DNA of 63,040 nucleotides, counting the filler, from Octopus bimaculoides (taxonomy: Eukaryota): NCBI RefSeq assembly GCF_001194135.2. It is 3 parts of 3 records of this genome, joined end to end, with 100 filler letters (N's around TTAATTAATTAA, not from the genome) between each part and the next. Parts side by side here need not be neighbours in the genome. Positions count along the whole stretch, not along the records: positions 48,934 to 63,040 come from NC_068984.1; 2 more parts are not named here. One strand, given 5' to 3'. The notes beneath the pieces are model-generated. The model did not search any database. It had not been told where the DNA came from and saw only the letters and a program-made list of their open reading frames with translations. Both the position numbers and the translations under genes were made by a program. The first letter of the stretch is position 1; each line of letters opens with the position of its first letter. Below, one piece after another: positions 52,101 to 63,040 of this stretch.

Positions 52101-53054
52101 AAAGAAACATAATGTACACTAGTGAAACATTATGATCATGTTCTGTAAGATGATATCCCCCGGAGAACCTCAGCACAATATGCTGCAAAAATTAATGACC
52201 ATCACTTGCGTATCTATTCTTAATACGCTCCGGTAGATTCTGAAGTGAATATGCTTATCTCTGAAGCGTTTCGTCATAGAATAGCTTTTCCTTCACAGTG
52301 AAAATGGGCTCATAATACTCTCGATTCATTAGCTCAAGGAATTCTAGGACAGCCAGTATATCGACATTGTTGTTTCTTCAGAGTCAGAAGCAAACCGAAC
52401 CTATGAATCTAACAAAGACAGATGCTCATGTTTATAACTGTAGTGAAAACTGTTTGCTGATCCGTAGTGATGTTTGACAACCGGAAATATTCCATTTTCT
52501 CTTTTGAAGTTAGCTCTTAGATATAAAAACGTGCATATTATGTAACCGTAAACATATAAATTTCGCAATAGAACAGGCTGAGGCAATTTTTCCAATACAT
52601 ATTTCTCCATTAGTTCAGTGCAGTTAGAATCTCAAAAGACATATTCTGTGAGGAGAACACGCAAGAGAAATTATAAAATAAGGTTACAATGTATAACAAT
52701 GTTTACAAGTGACATATTAAGGATTTAATTCTTTTCAAAATGATATTCTATCTAAAGCAATTTGAAATTCAAGCCATCCTCGAGTAAATTACCTATTACG
52801 TTCAACATAAGCATACAATGTGGTTCCATATTATCTGTCATCCCTCTGGAATGAATAGGAATAGGTAACAGCGACATAGGTGTTATAACCATGATCGGAA
52901 GACCCTGGCTTCAATTCTTTGACGAAGTGGTGCGGTGTGTTCGTGAGCAGAAAACTTCATTCGACATTCCTCTAGACCAGTAAATGAGTGACCCTGCGTG
53001 GGCTCTGTTTTCCATTCAGAAAGAGAGCGTGATTTTAGTATTTTATATGACATA

Positions 53055-53440
53055 GGAGAGGCAATGGTCCAGTGGTTCGAGCAGCGGACTCGCGGTCATA
53101 GGATCGCGGTTTCGATTCCCAGACCGGGCGCTGTGAGTGTTTGTTTATTGAGCGAAAACACCTAAAGCTCCACGAGGCTCCGGCAGGGGATGGTGGTGAA
53201 CCCTGCTGTACTCTTTCACCACAACTTTCTCTCTCTCTTACTTCCTGTTTCTGTTATACCTGTATTTCAAAGGGCCAGCCTTGTCACACTGTGTCACGCT
53301 GAATATCCCCGAGAACTAGGTTAAGGATACACGTGTCTGTGGAGTTCTCAGTCACTTGTACGTTAAGTTCACGAGCAGGCTGTTCCGTTGATCGGATCAA
53401 CTGGAACCCTCGACGTCGTAAGCGACGGAGTGCCAACAAC
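53055..53440 (+). mobile_element. Full-length tRNA(Arg)-like SINE S3 with TSD
   Basis: TSD atatgacatag at 53045-53055 and 53442-53452; (AAC)n tail. Confidence 0.9.
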
Positions 53441-55184
53441 AATATGACATAGAGAGTGTGTAAACGGCTCAATGAATTCTAGGACTCGAAACAGTACTTA
53501 CCACTAATAAAGCAATATCAATTCAAACAATTATTCACTACGCATTTGGTATTTTGCCGAAATCAAAAATCAATAATACAGAGAGCTAGAATCCTTCAAT
53601 GCCTCTAACGAGATTAGAAGGGAAGGACATTCTATTCAGAAGCACACAATGAGTCGTCACGTTATCCGATTCCATGATTACATTAAGCGTTGTGTTTATG
53701 TTTGGCTAAAAATGGACACAAAAGGGCTGGAATAGTTTCACAAGTGTTTATCAAAGTTACTGGACAATATGGATATGACTTTCTATCAAATTCCTTTTTA
53801 ATGTATTTGATCTTTGTCCGAAACGTTTACTTTCTTCTGTTCAATTTTTTTTTTTTTTTACAATGAGCTATCTCGTTGCTAAAATTCCAGAAATGCGCAT
53901 ATATCTGAATAAATACTTACTCAACACATCCCNNNNNNNNNNNNNNNNNNNNNNNNNNNNNNNNNNNNNNNNNNNNNNNNNNNNNNNNNNNNNNNNNNNN
54001 NNNNNNNNNNNNNNNNNNNNNNNNNNNNNNNNNNNNNNNNNNNNNNNNNNNNNNNNNNNNNNNNNNNNNNNNNNNNNNNNNNNNNNNNNNNNNNNNNNNN
54101 NNNNNNNNNNNNNNNNNNNNNNNNNNNNNNNNNNNNNNNNNNNNNNNNNNNNNNNNNNNNNNNNNNNNNNNNNNNNNNNNNNNNNNNNNNNNNNNNNNNN
54201 NNNNNNNNNNNNNNNNNNNNNNNNNNNNNNNNNNNNNNNNNNNNNNNNNNNNNNTATATATATATATATACATACAGAGAGAGACAGAGAGACAGAGAGA
54301 GAGAGAGGGAGAGAGAGAGAGAAAGAGAGGGGGAAACGTATATGATATGATATGCATACATACACATTTCACTGACAGCAAAATTATTTATTCGTGTGCA
54401 GGTTTGCTTTGTGTTTAGTCCCGCGTGAATAAGTAGTGTATGTACCAGGATGTGTGCGTATATATGTGTGTGTGTGTACGATGATAATCAGTCAGTGTGT
54501 GCTTGTTTGTTAGGCGTGTACATATACTTAAATTCATATAAATGTTTTACCAATTTTGTGCGTATTTCTCTCAATACGCAACGCTTCTGTGAGGCGGCAA
54601 CCATATTTCTCTCCGTATCTGTTCAGTCATCTAAAAGTTTTCTCCGAGAATCGCATTGCTTTACCTTTCAAGGAATTTATGGAAATACAGAAACGCTAGG
54701 CCGACTTTTTTTCTTTGATCAAGTTCTTATCAGTTTCCTAGTTCGTCTTGTCTTTGATGGTCTTTCGCGTTCGTTCTTATTATTACCAATATTTTCTTTC
54801 TATATTAGCATTCTCATCCTGTTTGCGTCATTGCTTTTACTGATTAATGTTTGTTTAAATTTTGCTTAATTCATTTAAAAAGACCTGCTTTCTTAGATAA
54901 CTGCCATTTACAGCGAGTTTTCAGATTTTCCGCTAATTCAGTACTCATTAGCCCATAACCTGTAGTCTGAGAGACTTAACTCTCCATATCTATAAAGACG
55001 CCATCATGATTCCTGCGAGAAATTATTCGCTTTACTTGTTCATTTTGTTTTCCTTACAATCGCACATTGTTGTTATCTCTGTTTATGCGAGTATGTATGA
55101 ATATGTGTGCAAATAAGTACGTAATTATTTATATAAATATGTATGAATGCATGTCTGTGTGTATATTCACTATCAATGTATTCT

Positions 55185-55535
55185 GTTATTCTTTTATTTG
55201 TTTCAGGCATTTGCCTGAGGTCATGCTGGAGCTCCGCCTTTTTAGTCGAACAAATCGACCTCAAGTTTTATTCTTTGTAAACACACCAACGCTCATTGTC
55301 AAGCGATGATGGGGAGAAAACCACAAACACAAAGAAACACATTTATAAATATATACATACATATATATACGACGGGCTTCTTTCAGTTTCCGTCTACCGA
55401 ATCCATTCACAAGGCATTTGTTCGCCTGAGGCTAAAGTAAAAGACACTTGTCCAAGGTGCCACGCGATGGGTCTGTACCTGCCTGGATCCATGTGGTTCA
55501 GAAGGAAGCTCCTTACCACACAGCCAAGCTTGCGC
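55185..55535 (-). mobile_element. SINE S1
   Basis: Similarity to the other S1 copies. Confidence 0.8.
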
Positions 55536-56764
55536 CTGTACACTTACAAAAGTATATCAGATAGGATGGTACTCCATTGTCAGAAGTTTGGCTACTTCTT
55601 TTCAAAGGCCATCTTCGGTGAAATGAAAACTGATAACGTATTCATTCTTACAAGGAGACAAAATGGCCACATACATGCAAGCAAAAATACATACCTACAC
55701 ACTTACAATCATGCGAATGCATAAGTATACACGCACGCGAACGCAAACACACATATAAATATATATATGTGTATGTATTTATGCACGTTTGTATGCATGC
55801 ATGTATGTATGTATGTATGCATGTATGTATGTACGTATGTATGTGTATGTGCATGTGTGTACGTATGTAAATATATGTGCATGTGTGTACGTATGTACGT
55901 ATGTATGGTTGTATGCCTATATATATATATGCATGTTTGTATGTGTGTACGTATGTATGTATGTATGTATGTATGTGTACATATTTATGTATGCGTGTGT
56001 GTATATGTGCAGATGTATGTGTGTATATATGTCTTTCATTGGGGTTTTCCTGGTTAAGCTTTTGGTACAGCTTTTTCTGGGTTTTTTGCGATTTGTCACC
56101 TTTTGGCGATTTGTCACGTTGCGTGCAGGATTCTTTTAACAGACGGTTCTGGTGCAGTTTGCTGTTGGCCCAAAATGAGATCATCTGTTCTTTGACAGCC
56201 TTTATCTTTAGTCTATTAGTGTTCACAACACACTCGTTACCGGACAACCCAGATTGGAGCAGCCACTTTGTTTGCTGCACACATATATGTAGTACTCGGT
56301 TATATGGTCCCAGTAGCAACATTTTCCTGACCCACCACAAACAAGTCATTATACCAATCGCTACTGACCGTCAGCCAAACGATCAAATAAAGTCGGCTGA
56401 CACTCGCCGGCCACTCTTCTCATCAACAGAACCATTTATCACTGCACTTCCTTTTTCTCTAACTCCGTGAAGACACTCAAGAAGCCTGCTTTGGCCCATG
56501 TGACGTATACCCACGAAATTCAACGAGACACAGTACTGTGCATTATCTGAGAGTTGGCATGTGTAATACCATACTGCAAAGCCTACAGGGAATTTTGCAT
56601 GGTAGAGTTGGAGTCGATTTCTATGAGTCATGTGGCGTAGTCTACGATGTACATGTGGCTATACGCACAGGCGTCGCTTTGTGCTGAGAGGTTTCCTTCC
56701 CAACCACACGGTTTGGGGTTCTGTCCCACTGCGGGACACCTTTTACAGGTGTCTTCTACCATAG

Positions 56765-57210
56765 ACATCCAAGTGTTCCAAGTATTTTCCATAGAAAGGC
56801 CCTATTTACAGAACTTGTGAATGGAAGGAGACTCCGGCAGAAACCAAGGCTGTGATTTAAGGACTGTGTCAAGTCCTCATTGAAGGCCTGTGATATACAG
56901 GATACTGACCGCGAGAACAATGCCTGTCATCGCTACAGATGGAAGAAGCAGGTTAAGGAGGGGATCCAGACTTTTGAGAGAGCACATATCCACCATGAAG
57001 AACTTAAGCGAGCTGCGCGAAAACGCACGGCTCGTATAGTGAATGGGAAAAGTTTGGTCTGCAATGTTTGCAGTTGTGTATGTTTGTCAAGAGCAGGGCT
57101 CATTAGCCACCAACGGAAACGCAAATGCAAATATAATTTAGTCCTAGAGCGCATAATATTCCTGAAGGTCAGCAATGGTCTTCCTTGATCATGAGTGGAC
57201 GGCCATCATC
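56765..57210 (+). mobile_element. RTE-clade LINE 3' end with C-terminal zinc finger
   Basis: KACDI..RWKKQVKEGIQTFE..VCNVCSCVCLSRAGLISHQR; tail ggacggccatcatc. Confidence 0.85.
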
Positions 57211-57277
57211 ATGTACGTATGTATGTATATAGACAAATATAATATAAACATACATACATACATACATACACACACAC

Positions 57278-57324
<47 letters not shown>

Positions 57325-58279
57325 NNNNNNNNNNTAAAATTTCATTGGGAAGCAAAAGACATTTGTTCTTTGAAGTTATCGTTGGCGTTCATCAGAAAGG
57401 TGTTCTGGTTCCTATTATTTTCAAAATTTATGATGTTGAACCCAAACACGCCGGGCAAGATATGATATGTTTCGGAACAATGGAACGCTTCTGATTACAT
57501 GGCGAAACAACGAGAGAGAGTAAGGGGGACAAAGAAGTAGAGAGGGTAAGAGACACAGACGGCCAGGCAGACAAAGCAAAGCAAACAAGTTGTAGAATCC
57601 AGGTAACAGAAAATATATAAGGCAACTTGCTTTTTTTTTTTTTAGATTCTATATTCGTTTCTTTCTTTATTTGCTACATTTCTTTCTATGATGCCTTTGA
57701 AACATCTTTTGAAAATTTCGAACAGAACAATTGAGAGTGAATCAATTGACATATCCACCAATACTTGTTGAACATCGAGAAACACCGCAGTGATGTTGGA
57801 ATGTATCAAAGAATCATAGCTCAAAGTGAGCTGCTTTCCAGCTTTTATAGTTTCTACAAAATTTTAAGCATTATTCGGTGCTTTATTGATTTGTACGTTT
57901 ATAGAATCTCAATGAAAGACAGACTATTAAACATATCAAAGCAGCTAACACAAAATATTAGTTGGTCGCAATTTGTTTTTACTTGATTCATTGTATGTAC
58001 ACGCGAAGAACTGATTAATTTGGTAAACGTTAACTAAGCTTAAAACCCAGTTTGAAATACGTAAGAGATTATACACAAATTGCCTAATCGATGAAGTGAT
58101 TTTCCAAAGCTATTTTCTCTGAGAATTGATAATACGTACAACAGATAGAGATACAACTGATAACGAAGCACGTTTTGTAAATTTGTTTCCAAAATATGTG
58201 TTATCCACTAGTAGTGTTGTCTGTATAGTATAGTGATTATCATTTCAAACATTTGCCAGAAGGGTAGCCTGAGATGAGT

Positions 58280-58435
58280 CGATTACATCGACCCCAGTGT
58301 TCAACAAGTACTTTTTTTAGCGATCAACGAAAAGATGAAAGACAAAGTCGACCTCTGCAGAATTTGAACTCAGAACGTAGTGACGGCGAAAGCATTTCGT
58401 CCAGCGTGCTAACGTCTCTACCAGGTCACCGCCTT
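58280..58435 (-). mobile_element. SINE S2
   Basis: gaaagacaaagtcgacctctgcagaatttgaactcagaac. Confidence 0.75.
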
Positions 58436-58643
58436 AATTCTGTATGGTGATTATTAAGGTGTGAAACCTAGCCTTATGGAATTCTGAAAACGTGGTTAAT
58501 ATTCTTTTCTACTCTAGGTACAAGGCCCGAAATTTTGGGGGAGTGGAGCAGTCGATTAGATCGATCCAGTACGAAACTGGTAACGGTGTGCTAACATTCA
58601 GATGAAATACAGACGAAACACACCTAATGGCGTGCTAACATTC

Positions 58644-59013
58644 AGTTGTGGCAAGACAATCGGGCTGGTTGCAATTTATGCACGCAACGTTATGGACTCC
58701 CAAAGTGAATATTTTCGTGACCTGCGCAAGTTCCTGGCCACGTCGCATTCGTTAGTACTGACAGGAGATTTTAACACGATCTGTGACGCACACACAAATT
58801 GTTTTGGCTCGAACATGAATAGAAAATGTAACCTTGGCTTACGGGATCTGCTAAGTCACTTTCACCTGGCAGATTCATAGAGGTTGGAACTCCCAAACAC
58901 TCCACAGTGAGCGTGTCAAATAGTGACGGGTCTTCCAGAACATATCTAGATAGGATCTTAATTAGAAAAACAGATAAGTCCATAGCTAAGTGTCCGTAGT
59001 TTTGTGTAGTCAG
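58644..59013 (+). mobile_element. L1/Tx1-type APE endonuclease fragment embedded in an S2 SINE
   Basis: LVAIYA..LVLTGDFNTI..SRTYLDRILI; flanked by a ~20-bp duplication. Confidence 0.8.
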
Positions 59014-60674
59014 CTAACGGCGTGCTAACGTTCCTGCCAGCTCGCCGCCAATGAGGTTAATATTGTAACCATGGTAGTTAATTTTATAGCTGCTCGTGGC
59101 TTGAGAACATTTTCTGACCGAAGTAAAATTCGTTTGCAGCAGCTCTATTTATGTTCTTTGTCATAGTCGCGAATCTGTTCTAGATAATTTATTGCGCGTT
59201 TGCATAAATTCGTCCTTTTTTTTTTTTTTCAGCGAATTAATATTTTCTCATGAAGAACTACACGGCGTTAATTCCATTTATGGATTAATTTGTCCTTTTA
59301 TCTAGATTTTCTTTCGCATCTAAATTATTTAAACACCATTTTACTAGGATCTGGCAATGCAATTGATATTTCATGTGATAACATAAAACGGCTTTCAGAT
59401 CAAACTAAGAGTTTTTTCAATGAGCTGTCCACTTTTCATTATTTTCTGAACCTTCACATGACTGATTTTTCAAATTCATGAGAAATTTTATATTCACAGA
59501 TTTCAAAAACCATTCGAGCATTTTTGAATAAAGAGGATTCTTTAACTTAGGAAAACTAAATTCAAATTACGTGCGCAAACTTCAAAAAACGTTCAAAATT
59601 AACTTTTTAATGCTGGCTATAAAGTACAATATTTATAGATTGTGTTTTTTTTCTTCAATTTCTCCTTATACAAACATTAATAATTGGTTCAACATAGTAT
59701 CTATGCTTCATATAACCGGTTTGTCTGGTATATATAAATTCCTCCCTGGACGGAACGTCCGTCCGTTGCAGGGTTACTAATTTTTACCAGGTGAGTTAAC
59801 TGGAGCAATGTAAACTGCAGTGTTTTGCTTAAGAACACAACGCATCGCCCAATCCAGGAATTGAAACCATAATCTTGTGATCATGATTCCAACTGCCTAA
59901 CCACTAAGCCATGCACCTTCGCAGTGCCTACAATACTTCAATGTATTTCTTCGAGCTGGCAGAAACCGAGGTCGACTTTGCCTTTCCTCCTTTCAGGGTA
60001 GATAAATTAAGCACCAGTTGCGTACTTGCGTACTGAGGTCAATCTAATCGACTGGCCCCATCTCCAAAAATTTTGGGCCTTGTGCCTAGAGTAAAAATGA
60101 ATAAATTGCAGTCTCTTTGTTACGGTTTAGTTCGAAATTTCCATAATTTTAACCAAACTACCAACATCCGAAGAAACATTGTTACAAGTAAATAACATTT
60201 TTTTTAAAATTCCTTTCTTTTACCAGAAACAGATCGTTGTAATTCTTATTCGTTAAAGCACTGAGCGGGCAGAATCGTTAGTACAGCAGACAAAGTGCCA
60301 GGCAGAATTTCTTCCGCTACTTTATGTTCTGAGTTCAAATTCAGCTGACGTCGATTTCCCTCTCCCTTAAAATTTCAGGTATTGTGCGAAATTTATAAAC
60401 CATTACTGTTTACTTATTCCATTTTAGAAGCATTACGTTTTACAATATGATATCTTAATTTCTAACGCTTCATCGTTCAATCAATTTTGAAGTTTCTGAT
60501 TATCTTTCATAAAGTTCGCTTTTAGATAAAATCATTTCTAAAATGCATGCTATAAAAAAAGACGTTTTTCTGTGTGAAACATCTCATAGACATACGAAAA
60601 AATTCTTTCAAATTATCGCTTACATGTTTAAGATCTCTAAACATGATTCGTCAACCATCATGCACAAAATGATA

Positions 60675-60870
60675 TTCTTTTCAACTCTAGGCACAAGGCC
60701 TGAAATTTTGGGAAAGGGGGCCAGTCAATTAGATCAGCTCCAGTACGCAACTGGTATTTAATTTATTGACCTCGAAAAGATGAAAGGCAAAGTCAACCTC
60801 TGCGGAATTTGAACGTAAAGACAGACGAAGTACCACTAAGTATTTCGCCCGTCATGCTAACGTTTCAATT
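60675..60870 (-). mobile_element. SINE S2
   Basis: gaaaggcaaagtcaacctctgcggaatttgaac. Confidence 0.75.
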
Positions 60871-61223
60871 TTGCTTTTAAAATAAAAAGCGTTATTTAGA
60901 TATAAACTTGATTGGAGGCGTTACTTACTCTCCTATAACGTTGCTACAAATGTTTATGTAAACTTTTTACTAATAGACCAAATCTCAATTTTCTAAGCCA
61001 AAGTGTAGCTAGAAACCAGCCCTCTTCATAAACGTTAACAGTTTTCAATTTGGTTAAGAACTGAATTAGCGACAAAGTCTGAAAGATGCTGAATGTGTGT
61101 GAAAATTGCGGCCTTGGGGATATTATTCAACTACGGTAGTAGTTGAATGATATATAAATACACGAGTAAATGTAATGATGAGCAAGTCGAAGTGTATTCT
61201 ATATAGAGAACACTTGTCTCTAA

Positions 61224-61272
<49 letters not shown>

Positions 61273-61998
61273 AGATAGATAGACAGATAGATAGATATGT
61301 GTGTGTGAATATAAAGATATATATATTTACATATGAACATACATTCATATACACATATACACAAATATAATATCCTTCGATACGTCCTCTACTAATAAAC
61401 CAACAGACACATTCAAACTATTGCAAATTATTCTAAAGTTGCGTATATTAATATAATTAAAAGGCAGGTACTATAAATGGTGAATGGATCTTTGAAGAAA
61501 TATTCTGCGGTTAGACAAAACGGCCTTTCAGCATATTTTCAGGTTTGATATTTGTCAATTTTCCATCAGTTGTTCAACCGTAAGATTTATATCTTTGTAC
61601 CTTATTGCCTAAAGATACAAGTGGCTAAGCAAAATTGTCTATTAGGTTTCTTCTGATACACATAAAATACTAAATTATCTATTGGTATTCGTTTGATACA
61701 GCTCTACAACAAGTAGCAAGAAAACTCTAAAAGGTAACACTTATTAAGGTATATTTATATCCATTTACATATATAATCATCATGTGGATTAGGGTGCTGA
61801 AAATATCTCCCAAAATACCCTGTGATATGTCCGGAATTTTTCATTAATCTATGCTATACTTTTTCCTAAACGGTATGAATGTGTTTTCATGATACATATA
61901 GTAAAACTATATTTGACCGCAAACGAATTTGAGTGTATGTGTGTATGTATAAATACGTTTATTCTAATTTTAATATATATATATAATTAGATAACTGC

Positions 61999-62117
<119 letters not shown>

Positions 62118-62702
62118 TACATAAACATATGTATGTATATATTGATACACGTGCATAGATATGCATGTATAGATCTAATAGCACTAATTCAACGGTGGCG
62201 AAGAAAATAAGAGATGTTATAGCATAAGTGGTACTTTTTTTCTACTTCTGAAAGCACGAAAATAAACAAATATGACATGTATGTCGCTGTAGTATTTATA
62301 TATGCAATGCCTTCATATACGATACAAAAATAATAACAGAAAAAATAGATACGTTCATATTAATGATAGCGTTGAGAATCCCAAAAGGAACTGTAATTCT
62401 ATTAAGAAAATATACATACGAATAAAATACTAGTATATACGATTATGACTACTTATATTTATATTTTTGGTCTTTCAATATAAGAAGCTGTTGTGGTGTA
62501 TTTCAAGGGTTTATAGTTACCTTAAATATCGTTAGAATTTCTTGTGCAATCTAATGGCGGTTACAAATGTTAATATATGGAACATCAAGGGAGTTTCGCA
62601 TATGAGAAATTGGTCATATATCTGGAAGAAAAGATATTGCTCCGCAAATTGATTTTGGTGGAGAGTAAAGGTAAATCTAATAAATATGAAGGCACGTATA
62701 AT

Positions 62703-62746
<44 letters not shown>

Positions 62747-62943
62747 TGCAAGTAGACCTACATACACACGCACATAGATTCTCTCTCTCACATACACGTG
62801 TATATATATACGTGTGTTATATACATGTACATACGTTTGTGTCCCTGCGTATGTTAATGTACATGTATAATCACACATACAAATGCATATAGATGTTCAC
62901 ATGTAAATGTTCAACAGGTGTATTTAATGAGTGTAAGCAAGGC

Positions 62944-62961
<18 letters not shown>

Positions 62962-63040
<79 letters not shown>
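62962..63040. repeat. (CA)n microsatellite
   Basis: Directly visible. Confidence 0.98.

Overview
AT-rich, microsatellite-saturated animal genomic DNA with many N gaps. The SINE and LINE families look like those of Octopus (inference from remembered repeat families; no search was run). There is no intact long ORF: nearly all listed ORFs are translated microsatellites or gaps. The window is a TE graveyard of mariner/Tc1, pogo, hAT, RTE, R4/Dong, L1/Tx1 and several Penelope-like (PLE) fossils plus more than 20 SINE copies. One plausible minus-strand host coding exon lies at 44248-44409. The main hidden signal is 12 type I hammerhead ribozyme motifs from about 8 distinct families, all with short (near-)palindromic helix III. 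Three of them belong to two insertions of a tRNA-headed SINE that carries PLE insertion hallmarks (an inverted 3' fragment lacking a ~31-nt tail, plus TSDs), i.e. a candidate Penelope-mobilised, ribozyme-bearing SINE. Another sits in a ~570-bp non-coding retrozyme-like element. Boundaries of old TE fossils and SINE copies are approximate.
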